In this document: positions 9,491-18,841 of the stretch, in pieces
How positions within the stretch are numbered: position 1 is the first letter of the stretch
Layout of the letters: every line of letters begins with the position of its first letter
Source of the DNA: Candidatus Bathyarchaeota archaeon
Lineage (GTDB): Archaea > Thermoproteota > Bathyarchaeia > Bathyarchaeales > Bathyarchaeaceae
Length of the DNA: 32,539 nt
Assembly: GCA_020348945.1 (NCBI GenBank)
Contig: CP070759.1
Coordinates: forward strand, 1,172,074-1,204,612
Reading direction: 5' to 3'
Notes under the pieces: model-generated
Database searches by the model: none
What the model was told of the DNA's origin: nothing
The model's input: only the letters and a program-made list of their open reading frames with translations
Made by a program: the position numbers and the translations under genes

Positions 9491-10012
9491 CTAAATTATT
9501 TTTCTTCCTCTGGCCCTGAAATATGCTGGGCGATAAGGTATTTTTGATGTTGAATAGTATTGCTTTTCCCGCAGCCCCAAGGCGATTTCAACAATTTCAG
9601 TTATAGTTTGATGCACGAACCTTCGAGCTGGATTTCCCCAACGTATGCCCATGCACAAGGGATCCACGTAAACGTAGAGCCTTCGATCATTGTAATTGTA
9701 CAAAGCTTCGTTGGCTCTACCAAATTTAGGCCTACTGAGAATTTTGAAGGGCCAAAGCTTGCAAGCCGTGGGTTTCATGTATTGAAGACCGCAGAGCCAC
9801 TGGTTGAAGTTCTTGCACAGGAATATACATGAGCCGTCGCTTCTTCTCTTCAGGTGGAACTTGCTTATACTGGGCCTCGTGACCCCTACTCCATAAGAGT
9901 AGATAATGTTCATCCATTCTGGGAAGGAGAGAACCACCTCATAGCCTTTGCAGCATGCGCCGCAGGCGATGCAGTTCCAGGATTCTACGTATCTCCAGGG
10001 TACCTGTCTCAT
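9491..10012 (-). CDS. YkgJ-family cysteine-cluster (putative Fe-S/Zn) protein
   Basis: CIACGACC...CIFL...CGLQYMKPTACKLWPF. Confidence 0.82.
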   Translation of the reverse strand: MRQVPWRYVESWNCIACGACCKGYEVVLSFPEWMNIIYSYGVGVTRPSISKFHLKRRSDGSCIFLCKNFNQWLCGLQYMKPTACKLWPFKILSRPKFGRANEALYNYNDRRLYVYVDPLCMGIRWGNPARRFVHQTITEIVEIALGLREKQYYSTSKIPYRPAYFRARGRKII

Positions 10013-10266
10013 TTGTTCATCATCAGCTGGATTTTATCATTTAAGTTTTTGGTGAACTTTTTTATGTGTTTTGTGCCTTCCACTATGTTGCGAAAGGTGT
10101 ATTGAATAGTAATATTTAATACTGTCTTTTTTCATGATATACTTGAGCGTGAAAACGTGAATTTAGATAGGACACGATTCTGGAGCTTCAAGATAGACTC
10201 AGCATTCATAAAAGTTATTATTAACGCCAAAAAATACACCCAAGCTACCATGTGAGGAAAAAGACA

Positions 10267-10485
10267 ATGAAACGCACTTTGGTATACAAAGTTGATTTAA
10301 CCAAAATCGAAGGAGACGGGGCCTTTTCCTGCCCAAAATGTGCCACCACTATTTCCCCTGATGATGAAACAGAAAACGCTTACACCATTCTGGAAACAAA
10401 GTTTAAAGGAGATTCATTGAATAAGCTGATAATCCAGTGCAAATGCGGGAGTGAAATTCATTTAGTAGGATTCCTTTCCTCCTAG
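10267..10485 (+). CDS. Small zinc-ribbon protein
   Basis: CPKC and CKC pairs; GAGG SD before ATG 10267. Confidence 0.7.
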   Translation: MKRTLVYKVDLTKIEGDGAFSCPKCATTISPDDETENAYTILETKFKGDSLNKLIIQCKCGSEIHLVGFLSS

Positions 10486-11412
10486 ACGCTGAATGTTGCA
10501 GGAAACTTGACAAAAATACAGAAGACTTTTAACGAGTTAATGACCAAAGTTGGGATTCAACTATAGCTTATAACTGTAGAATCACCTACGAACCACGTAT
10601 ATCATAAATAGTGTGGAAATATCCCCCTGCAAAAACCCTCTTTTCTATAGGTCGCGCGCATGCATTAACAATTCTTCGACATATTGTGCAGTTTGAAATA
10701 ACTTCTTTAATTATTCTTAAGCATGTTTCTTACAGGGTCGGTTTAGCATGCATGCATCGTGTCCAAAATGCAGAGAAACTTTAGCAAAAAAAGAGAGAAG
10801 AAGTAAATGCTGCTGCGAAAATGAAAGTTGCCCCGTGCGTATGCGCGGGCATAAATGTATGCATGCGGCGTGCATGTGGTTACTCGCTTCCAAAGTAGCG
10901 AGTGTATCAGATGATTAAACAACGCGCGTGAAGTTTCATACGTAATTAATGGAAATAAAAATTTACTCATAGATTTTGGATTCTCTATTCAAACTTTTTG
11001 TGGGTTAGCAAAAAACATGCGAGGGCTACAAGAGCAGTTTCTATTCATTCAAATATCTCAATTGATAAATCTGCCATAAATCCCAATTTCTCTAGTCTTT
11101 ATTTTATAGATTTCGTGTGTTTTCTAGAAGATATTGCATGAATGCTTGTAGGGTTGAAATCGTCAACCTTTCACGTTTTACAGGGAAAAGTTTGCCTAGG
11201 TGAAAGAATGAAAAGAGACTGTAAAAAGTCTAATCCTAGGCGCGCCGTCTCCTTTCTGCACGGCATTGATTTCACCCATGCATACATGGAGGCTTTAAAG
11301 TTTTGCGCGCATGTTGGTTACTTCTAATACAGACTCCAGTTTAACAAGAGTTAAATCTGTTAACATCATGCATGCGAAATGGCGCACGAGTTCCATCCTA
11401 GGGAGGTGAATC

Positions 11413-11559
11413 ATGGACTTGAAAAGGGAACCTACCCTTATTAAGAAGCTGAAAACTGAAATGCATGAACTAAGCAAACGGATAAATAAAGAAAAGAATT
11501 CAACAAAAAAAGCTAAGATGGTTAAAGCTTTTCATAGAATGTCTAAAGCGTTAAGCTGA
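11413..11559 (+). CDS. Small basic helical protein, 48 aa (not in ORF track)
   Basis: Perfect SD GGAGGTGA at 11402-11409; MDLKREPTLIKKLKTEMHELSKRINKEKNSTKKAKMVKAFHRMSKALS*. Confidence 0.5.
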   Translation: MDLKREPTLIKKLKTEMHELSKRINKEKNSTKKAKMVKAFHRMSKALS

Positions 11560-11684
11560 AAGTGTAGAAAATAGTGAGTGATTTTAAAGAGTTTACACCG
11601 CCTTAACTGTAACTGTTTACTTGCGCATGCATACTTCGTTCTAATCGCTTGATCATTGATTTCTTATAGAGCAGAAGGGAAATG

Positions 11685-12785
11685 CTAAGTCAATAGTTTT
11701 TCAGGGTTTTCTAAAGCCGTTTTCACGTTCTGCAGAAAACGCGCAGCAGGTGCCCCGTCCACTACACGATGGTCAAAGGACAAACTCAGACGCATCACAG
11801 GCTTAACCATGATTTTCCCATCCGCCACCACTGGTTTTTCTACTACCCTTCCAACACCCAGTATCGCATTTTCAGGCGGATTAATAATGGGTGTGAACAT
11901 GTCCACCCCAAACATACCGAGATTAGTGATGGTGAAGGTTCCGCCGCTCATCTCTTCCCTCGTGAGCTTTCCCTCTCTAGCTTTTTCCACAAGTTCTTTC
12001 AGTTTCGAGGAGACTTCTTTGAACCCTCTCTTGTCCGCTTTACGTATTACTGGAACAACCAGTCCATTCTCGGTAGCAACGGCGACGCCAACATTGACAT
12101 CCTCAAAGATCTTAATTTGATCTTTTTCCAGCGTAGAGTTCATGACAGGATGTTCGGTCAAAGCCTTGGCAACAGCTTTAACTAACACATCAGTATAAGA
12201 AAACTTGAATTTTTCACGCAGCTTCGCAGCGTTAGACATGTCCACTTCCATGGTTATGGTAATATGTGGAGCTGTTTGAGCGCTTAGAGAAACACGTTCC
12301 GCCGCAGTTTTTCTTATTCCAGTTAGTGATATAACCTCTCTCACTCTCAGCTCTACTTTCGCTTTCTTAACATTTTTCCTTATGTCCTCTTCAACGATTC
12401 TTCCATCGGGACCCGTACCCTCCACTTGGGCTAAATCTATGCCATACTCTCTCGCCAGTCTCTTGGCTGCTGGGGAGGCTACGATGCGCTTCTCAACTTT
12501 TTCTACAGGTGCTTCAGCGGCAGCTTCAACATCTGAAAGTTCTTCATCTGGTGCAGTTATGATGGCAAGTGTTTCAGCAACCGGAACGTCAACTCCTTCC
12601 TCTGCCAAAATCTTGCGAATAACTCCAGCGGTGGGCGCTTCCACTTCGTATGTCACCTTGTCAGAGAGCACTTCTACCAAGGGCTCTCCCTTCTCTACCT
12701 TCTCTCCTTCCTTCTTGAACCATTGAACAACAGTTCCCTCCTTCATGGTTAGACTAAGCCTAGGCATCATGACATTAGTTACCAA
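11685..12785 (-). CDS. pdhC: 2-oxoacid/acetoin dehydrogenase complex E2, dihydrolipoamide acyltransferase
   Basis: Single lipoyl domain (SDKV), E3-binding ASPAAKRLA...GTGPDGRI, catalytic SFDHRVVDG. Substrate specificity (pdh vs aco) is unresolved. Confidence 0.88.
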   Translation of the reverse strand: MVTNVMMPRLSLTMKEGTVVQWFKKEGEKVEKGEPLVEVLSDKVTYEVEAPTAGVIRKILAEEGVDVPVAETLAIITAPDEELSDVEAAAEAPVEKVEKRIVASPAAKRLAREYGIDLAQVEGTGPDGRIVEEDIRKNVKKAKVELRVREVISLTGIRKTAAERVSLSAQTAPHITITMEVDMSNAAKLREKFKFSYTDVLVKAVAKALTEHPVMNSTLEKDQIKIFEDVNVGVAVATENGLVVPVIRKADKRGFKEVSSKLKELVEKAREGKLTREEMSGGTFTITNLGMFGVDMFTPIINPPENAILGVGRVVEKPVVADGKIMVKPVMRLSLSFDHRVVDGAPAARFLQNVKTALENPEKLLT

Positions 12786-12805
12786 CTTAAACCTCCTCTC
12801 CTAAG

Positions 12806-13783
12806 TTAATGGACAACTTCCTTTACTGCCCCTATTATCTTGTTCTCGTCAGGTATAACAAATTTCTCCAAGGGAGGGCTGAAGGGTATGGGAGTGTCTG
12901 GTTCCGCCACCCTCTTAACCGGAGCATCAAGATAATCAATAGCTTCCTCTGCAACCACCGCCGATATCTCCGCACTAACACCTCCCGTCTTGCAGTCTTC
13001 TGTAACAATCACGATTCGACCCGTTTTCTTAACGGATTTCACAATCGTCTCCTTGTCTAGGGGAACAAGCGTCCTCGGATCAATAACTTCTGCGCTGATT
13101 CCCTGTTTAATAAGCTCTTCAGCTGCGGCGAGCGACTTGTGAACCATGTATAGAGTGGCAACAATCGTAACGTCCTCTCCTTCCCTCTTCACGTCTGCAA
13201 CACCCAACGGAACAGTGTACTCTTCTTTTGGAACAAGCTCTTTAATTGAATAAAGAAGTTTATGTTCAAAAAACATCACTGGATTATCGTCTCGTATCGC
13301 TGTTTTCAGCAATCCCTTTGCATCATAAGGAGTCGAAGGCACCGCAACTTTCAAGCCTGGAACGTGTATGAACCAAGCCTCCAAGCTTTGAGAATGATGC
13401 GCTGCAATGTTAACTCCAGCGCCGAAGGGCATTCGGATCACCAGAGGCACTTTAGTTTGACCTCCAAACATGTATCTCAGCTTGGCTGCTTGATTCGCAA
13501 TCTGATCCATAGCGAGGGTGGAAAGGTCTCCGAACATGATCTCGGCGACAGGTCTCATGCCAGTTATAGCTGCTCCAGTGGCAACTCCTATGATGGCTGA
13601 CTCTGAGATAGGAGTGTCTTGAACTCTCTCATCCCCAAACTCTTCTGCCAGCCCCTTCGTCACCTTGAAGGCACCTTTCCAGTACCGCCCAACGTCTTCG
13701 CCCAACACGAAAACCGTTTCGTCTCGAAGCATCTCCTCCCTCAAAGCTTCACGAAGAGCATCTCGATAAGTTATCTCTCTCAA
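12806..13783 (-). CDS. pdhB: 2-oxoacid/acetoin dehydrogenase E1 beta subunit
   Basis: LGEDVG, DTPISE, PVAEIMF, HHSQSLE, EVIDPRTLVPLD. Confidence 0.9.
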   Translation of the reverse strand: MREITYRDALREALREEMLRDETVFVLGEDVGRYWKGAFKVTKGLAEEFGDERVQDTPISESAIIGVATGAAITGMRPVAEIMFGDLSTLAMDQIANQAAKLRYMFGGQTKVPLVIRMPFGAGVNIAAHHSQSLEAWFIHVPGLKVAVPSTPYDAKGLLKTAIRDDNPVMFFEHKLLYSIKELVPKEEYTVPLGVADVKREGEDVTIVATLYMVHKSLAAAEELIKQGISAEVIDPRTLVPLDKETIVKSVKKTGRIVIVTEDCKTGGVSAEISAVVAEEAIDYLDAPVKRVAEPDTPIPFSPPLEKFVIPDENKIIGAVKEVVH

Positions 13784-13796
13784 CTTTCAACATCTC

Positions 13797-14756
13797 CTAG
13801 ATATACACGTGTTCGAGGGCTTCCTCTGGTGCTGGAAACGGACTCTCTACAGCAAACTTAACCGCATCTTCAACAGCAGCAGCAACATCTTGCTCAATCT
13901 TGTCAGCCTCCTCCTCAGTCAAGGTCTTCATTTCAAGAAGCCTCGCCCTGAATCGTGTGATGGGGTCTCTCTTCATCCATTCCTCAACCTCCTCTTTTGG
14001 TCGGTAAGTGGCAGGATCAAAACGGGAGTGCCCCTTATGCCGGTACGTCTTACACTCAATCAACGTAGGTCCCTTTCCACTCCTCGCCCGCTCAACAGCC
14101 TCACATGCAGCTTCATACACTGCCATCACGTCATTTCCATCCACAACCACACCGGGAATACCGTATGCTACACCTCGATCCGCCACATTCTCTATCGCCA
14201 TAACTCTTGACTGACGGGTTCCCATGGCGTAAAGGTTGTTTTCACACACAAACAGAACTGGAAGCTTCCAAAGTGCCGCCATGTTAATTCCCTCGTGAAA
14301 CGTCCCCTGATTGGAGGCGCCCTCGCCGAAGAAGCACGCCACAACCTGGTCAGTTTTCCTCAGTCTGATGGACAGACCTGCACCAGCAGCAATGGGAAGT
14401 CCAGCCCCCACAACAGCAGTGGCGCCCAGCATGCCTACACTGAAGTTTGCAATGTGCATGGACCCTCCCTTGCCCTTGCAGTAGCCTGTTTTCTTGCCCA
14501 AAATCTCAGCCATCACCCTGTTCAGTTGGGCGCCTTTGGCTATGCAATGGCCGTGTCCTCGGTGAGTGCTCGTTATGTAGTCGTCTCTTCTAAGGTTGGC
14601 ACACACCCCAACCGCCACTGCTTCCTGTCCAGCGTAAAGGTGTATGGTTCCTGGGACAAGGTTCTGGCCGTACAAATCATAAACTTTCTCTTCAAAGTGC
14701 CGGATTTCCAGCAGCTTCCTGTACATTTCAATTTTTTTTCTTTTTTCCAGCGTCAA
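13797..14756 (-). CDS. pdhA: 2-oxoacid/acetoin dehydrogenase E1 alpha subunit (TPP-dependent)
   Basis: HLYAGQEA, STHRGHGH, GKGGSMH, TPP motif GEGA...CENN, TYRHKGHS; GAGGAGG SD. Confidence 0.9.
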   Translation of the reverse strand: MTLEKRKKIEMYRKLLEIRHFEEKVYDLYGQNLVPGTIHLYAGQEAVAVGVCANLRRDDYITSTHRGHGHCIAKGAQLNRVMAEILGKKTGYCKGKGGSMHIANFSVGMLGATAVVGAGLPIAAGAGLSIRLRKTDQVVACFFGEGASNQGTFHEGINMAALWKLPVLFVCENNLYAMGTRQSRVMAIENVADRGVAYGIPGVVVDGNDVMAVYEAACEAVERARSGKGPTLIECKTYRHKGHSRFDPATYRPKEEVEEWMKRDPITRFRARLLEMKTLTEEEADKIEQDVAAAVEDAVKFAVESPFPAPEEALEHVYI

Positions 14757-14800
14757 TTCGTTTTCCTCCTCGGAAAAACTACCTTAGAGAAATCAAGGTA

Positions 14801-14812
14801 CCTTATATAAAA
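14801..14812 (-). promoter_or_regulatory. TATA box of the E1a-E1b-E2 operon
   Basis: Minus-strand TTTTATATAAGG about 45 nt upstream of the start at 14756. Confidence 0.5.
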
Positions 14813-14993
14813 TCGTTACGAGGAGAACATGGATTGGTGTGCCTTATCATGTTTGGTATGCGCAAACTTTTTATAAAATGTCGAGTGTAGTAATACTTCG
14901 GATATGTGTCTGGAGCAGTACATATTGTACAAACGTATAACATCAAAACTGTTCAACACAACTACTAGAACCATTAAGGTTGAGATTAATGCA

Positions 14994-15245
14994 GTGAAAC
15001 CAAGAGTCCAGAGCAAAACTAAAAAAAAGGAAAGAAAGCCCAAAAAAGAGAAAAAGAAGCCTAAAAAAGAAGAAAAAAAATCTCTACGAACGAAGTGCCC
15101 ATATCTACGCTCGGACAAAACGTGTACAATTCTTATCACTGAGGGGTTAGACGGCGGCGTCTCCGACGTTGACATCAAACATTTTTGCAACGGTAATCCT
15201 CTTCTTTGCTACTATTTTCGGTTGTCCTCGCAAAAAGAGAAGTAA
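14994..15245 (+). CDS. Small protein with a Lys-rich N-terminus and a four-Cys C-terminal domain
   Basis: KTKKKERKPKKEKKKPKKEEKK followed by CPYL...C...HFC...CYYF. GTG 14994 is the preferred start; the ORF track starts at 14904. Confidence 0.6.
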   Translation: MKPRVQSKTKKKERKPKKEKKKPKKEEKKSLRTKCPYLRSDKTCTILITEGLDGGVSDVDIKHFCNGNPLLCYYFRLSSQKEK

Positions 15246-15373
15246 AACAGGGTTATCCTTCTTTAAAATCGAGAGTGTTAATAAGGAAAACTTTAATGTT
15301 AGCCCAAGAAAGGGTGAAAAGACAAGCGCTGTAGCTTGACATGTTTGAGTGATGGCTGCAACAGGGCTCTAGG

Positions 15374-16771
15374 TTGATGGAAATGCATGGTCAGTTGGTC
15401 ACCCGAAAAACCGTTTTGTTGGTCACTCTTGTTCTTAGCACAGCATGGATCTTCGGACCTGTCCCATCCAAGTCCATAGAACTCAACCAAGAGTTTCTGA
15501 AATACAGGCTCAGAGCACCCATCGTTAGCAACCTCACACATACCGTTCAAATCCACAACGTTGGACCTTCAGAAACTACAGATGTTCATCTTTATGTTCC
15601 CCTTATTCAAAACGAAACTGCCCGACACTTCGTGATGATCAACAGGATTTCGCCGACGCCGCAACAGTTTCTGGAAGACAACGGGAACGCTTATGCTTAC
15701 TGGAATGTTGAAGCGGTTCCGGTAGGACACACTTTTAACGTTAGCATAAACTATTATGCGTTGGCTTTAGATGTCGACTTTTTGATGAATTCTAGTCTCG
15801 TCGGCACGTATGATGAAGACTCCGTTATCTTTCAGGAGCACACAACACCTGAGGAGTTAATAGAGTCGAATCATGCCCTCATCGTTTCAACCGCTGAAAA
15901 TGTGGTTGGAGAAGAAGAAAATCCCCACGAGATGACTTTGAAAATCTACGATTTTGTGGTTGACAGCTTAACGTATGAGATTCAACTAGAGGAGATGGGA
16001 GCCCTCTGGGCGTTGCAAAACGGAAGAGGAGACTGCTCCGAACATTCTTACCTTTTTGTGGCTCTCTGCAGAGCCATGGGAATTCCCTCCAGAGTTGTCA
16101 CAGGCTTCGCCTTCAACAGTTACAGTGAACCATTGTCCGATGGTCACATGTGGGCGGAATATTACTTGGAAAACTATGGTTGGGTGCCCACCGACCTGAG
16201 TTGGAACCTTTTTGACGAGATGGACAGTCACCACTTTGGCTCCCTCTGGGGCGAGTTAAAAATAACTGAACCCCCTAGTTACGCCAATTACTACCTCACC
16301 TACAACAGCAACGCTCACGTGAAATCCTACCAAACTGTACAAGCGCAGAGAATTTCAATCACTATTTTAAACGATTTTCCATTCGCTCAAACCATCTACG
16401 ACGTGGTCTCAAAAATCCAAGAGGCCGAGCTAACAGTTATGGTGGCGGAAGCTACAGGAACACCATTCCTTTTCCCCTCAGCCTTTAGTAGAGCAAAAGA
16501 AGCCTTAGCCGAAGCGGACCTTTACCTTCAAAAGGCAGAGGACACTTGGACCAGCCAACCTCATTCTGCTCAGAGGTATGCGCAAACCGCTCGTGAAAGA
16601 GCGGAGGAGGCACCGAGACTGGCAAGAGACGCCATTTTAAAAACGGCTGGCATTGCCGTTGTTGTTCCCGTAATCATCGTAACAGTTATCGGGGTCTTAG
16701 TTGTGAAACGTAGAAGAAAGGAAGTGTCACATTATTTCGGGGAAGAAACTGGAAAAGAATGGATCACCTAA
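15374..16771 (+). CDS. Membrane-anchored extracellular transglutaminase-like (Cys protease fold) protein
   Basis: Signal-like N-terminus; triad GDCSEHS / GHMWAEYY / WVPTD; C-terminal TM helix followed by KRRRK. Confidence 0.82.
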   Translation: MMEMHGQLVTRKTVLLVTLVLSTAWIFGPVPSKSIELNQEFLKYRLRAPIVSNLTHTVQIHNVGPSETTDVHLYVPLIQNETARHFVMINRISPTPQQFLEDNGNAYAYWNVEAVPVGHTFNVSINYYALALDVDFLMNSSLVGTYDEDSVIFQEHTTPEELIESNHALIVSTAENVVGEEENPHEMTLKIYDFVVDSLTYEIQLEEMGALWALQNGRGDCSEHSYLFVALCRAMGIPSRVVTGFAFNSYSEPLSDGHMWAEYYLENYGWVPTDLSWNLFDEMDSHHFGSLWGELKITEPPSYANYYLTYNSNAHVKSYQTVQAQRISITILNDFPFAQTIYDVVSKIQEAELTVMVAEATGTPFLFPSAFSRAKEALAEADLYLQKAEDTWTSQPHSAQRYAQTARERAEEAPRLARDAILKTAGIAVVVPVIIVTVIGVLVVKRRRKEVSHYFGEETGKEWIT

Positions 16772-17687
16772 ATGAGTTAATGATTTTCTCCGCGATCAGG
16801 ATGGCTGCGGCTCTCTGGCCTTCTTTTGTTTGGGCTCCTATGTGGCAAGTGCAGATAACGTTCGGCAATCCCATCAACGTCAGGTCTGTTGGTGGCTCCG
16901 TTTCATAAACATCCAGTGCGGCTCCACCAAGCTTTCCGGACTGCAATGCTTCCAAAAGGGCTTTTTCATCAACGATGGCACCTCTTGAAGTGTTGATGAA
17001 GAAGGCTCCGTTCTTCATGAGTTGGAATTCCTTGGCACCAATCATGTGGTTGGTTTGGGGAGTTAAAGGAACGTGAATGGTAATAACGTCGCTCCGTTGA
17101 AGTAGCTCTGGGAGCGGAATGAATTCTCCTTCGAGTTCTCTCAGCAACTCGGGCTTCGGAGGGGTTCGCTTCGTGATCAGTATTTTCATTCCCATAGCCT
17201 TGGCGATTTTCGCCATCTTCTCACCGACGTTTCCCAGTCCGACGACGCCGAGAGTTTTGCCTTTCAACTCCCAACCCCTCAGCTTCTTTTTGATCCACTT
17301 TCCATCCTTCATTGTTCGATCTGCAAGGGATATGTGGCGTGCCAGTGATATCATCAACCCTATTGTCAGCTCAGCCACAGCTTCAGAGGGGGCTTCAGGA
17401 GTGTTCAGAACGGTGATGCCTCGTTTTTTTGCGGTCTCTAGGTCGATGTTGTCTAAGCCAACGCCAGCGCGTCCTATAGCTTTCAGTTGCTTTCCAGCTT
17501 CGATTATTTCTTTGGTAACTTTGGTTCGGCTTCGCACAATCAGCGCGTTGTAATCTGAAACAGTGTTTCTGAGTTCCTCGTGTGAAATGGTGGTTTTTAC
17601 GTCAACGTCGAATTCAGTTTGCCTCAGCTTTTCTATTCCGTCTTCATGAATTGTGTCGCAGACAAGAACTCTCACTTTTGGCTTCAT
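16764..17687 (-). CDS. serA: D-3-phosphoglycerate dehydrogenase / D-2-hydroxyacid dehydrogenase (no ACT domain)
   Basis: IVRSRTKV, GRAGVGLDNID, AVAEL, GVVGLGNVG, NTSRG, LDVYETEP, HIGAQT. Likely start MKPKVRVLV at 17687. Confidence 0.8.
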   Translation of the reverse strand: MKPKVRVLVCDTIHEDGIEKLRQTEFDVDVKTTISHEELRNTVSDYNALIVRSRTKVTKEIIEAGKQLKAIGRAGVGLDNIDLETAKKRGITVLNTPEAPSEAVAELTIGLMISLARHISLADRTMKDGKWIKKKLRGWELKGKTLGVVGLGNVGEKMAKIAKAMGMKILITKRTPPKPELLRELEGEFIPLPELLQRSDVITIHVPLTPQTNHMIGAKEFQLMKNGAFFINTSRGAIVDEKALLEALQSGKLGGAALDVYETEPPTDLTLMGLPNVICTCHIGAQTKEGQRAAAILIAEKIINSFR

Positions 17688-17814
17688 ATAGCTCAGCTCC
17701 TTTTTAACTTCTGAGTAATTCGTTAGCTTGCATTTATTTTTTCCTTCAACTACGTAAATGTAATAGAGAAGCATTGAGATAACATTCGCGAAAACTTCTT
17801 TGCTACCCATTGAC

Positions 17815-18657
17815 TCATCTTGCGGCACCAATGACAAATGCTAGTAATCCGATGATGAACCATAAGAGAACATTTTTCTTAGTTTTTCTAGCATTTTCCC
17901 TTGAATATTTCTTCATGAGCATAAGTGAAGATGCTACGAGTCCAAAATCAGTTATAGCTACCAAAGGAATGAACCATAAAGAAACAAGGTCTAGAAGCCA
18001 AGGTATTGGACTTAACAGAACCGCGGAAAGATAAAAGAATGAGGCTGCAACTGCAGCTGTTTTCTCTCCATAAAGCACAGCCAAAGTTTGGATGCTCCTT
18101 GCTCTATCTCCTTGAACGTCAACGATTCCTTTTGTTATTTCTCTGCCAGTGTTTGAAAGAAAAGCCATAGAAGCGAAAAATAAAACGTTTAACTCAATTT
18201 TATTAGCGACCGCTAGACTGCCATAAATAAAGGGCACTGCCACACAGGCACTAACGAGGAAATTGCCGGGAAGCCCTGTTCGTTTTCCAACAGTGGCATA
18301 AGCTACGGAAACCGTCCAAGAGGCTATGGCCGTTATGAAACAGGGAAGGTTTGTCAAGTATGCTGTTACAAAGCCGATTATTGTGCATATGAAAGCGAAT
18401 GCTAGTGCTTCCTCTGGCTTAATTAAGCCGCTGGGGATGGGGCGATTAGGCTCATTTACAGCATCAATTTCCCTATCGTAATAGTCGTTTATGGCCATGG
18501 ATGCAGCAGTCAGCGTAAAACCAGTGACAAAAACATAGATGAGGGTTAGCAAAGGTGCTTCCAAGAAAATCGAGGTTGCGAGGACTGTTCCAACTATAAC
18601 TGCAAATCCCATCATCAAACAGTTTATGGGGCGCGTTAAACGTAGGTATGCAACCAT
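17815..18657 (-). CDS. Digeranylgeranylglyceryl-phosphate synthase (UbiA-family prenyltransferase)
   Basis: LTRPINC, INDYYDREIDAVNEPNRPIPSG, GREITKGIVDVQGD; multiple TM helices. Confidence 0.85.
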   Translation of the reverse strand: MVAYLRLTRPINCLMMGFAVIVGTVLATSIFLEAPLLTLIYVFVTGFTLTAASMAINDYYDREIDAVNEPNRPIPSGLIKPEEALAFAFICTIIGFVTAYLTNLPCFITAIASWTVSVAYATVGKRTGLPGNFLVSACVAVPFIYGSLAVANKIELNVLFFASMAFLSNTGREITKGIVDVQGDRARSIQTLAVLYGEKTAAVAASFFYLSAVLLSPIPWLLDLVSLWFIPLVAITDFGLVASSLMLMKKYSRENARKTKKNVLLWFIIGLLAFVIGAAR

Positions 18658-18841
18658 TTTTGTTACAGTAACGTCTATCTTGTTCACTTTCCCCTTAATT
18701 TATCCCCATTTTTTTGTTTGCGAGTGTGACACGAAGTCAAATGAATAAATAAATGAACGATAAAGGTTCACCTTTAAAACTTTCTATGTGCTTTGTGCAT
18801 CATATCATGTTCATGTACGTGCATAAAACGTTTAATAGGAA

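Noticed and set aside
10611-10630. GTGTGGAAATATCCCCC as a possible ORB (replication origin box)
   Set aside because: The G-string is on the wrong side, there is no TCCA..GGA dyad, no repeated copy and no cdc6/orc1 in the window.
10743-10970. 75-aa minus-strand ORF
   Set aside because: No SD; the HAYIYARAYAR-type sequence simply reflects the RY tracts.
10486-11684. RNase P RNA, SRP RNA, tRNA or CRISPR array in the long gap
   Set aside because: No GAGGAAAGUCC motif, SRP helix-8 motif, T-loop consensus or regularly spaced repeats seen.
14816-15190. Hydrophobic minus-strand ORF
   Set aside because: The Phe/Leu run is the reverse complement of the poly-Lys A-rich codons on the plus strand.
17688-17837. 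50-aa N-terminal extension of serA in the ORF track
   Set aside because: It overlaps the upstream gene end, and homology starts at MKPKVRVLV after an AAGGAG SD.
7160-18657. ino1 and DGGGP synthase as a lipid-synthesis cluster
   Set aside because: They are about 10 kb apart, on different strands, and separated by unrelated genes.
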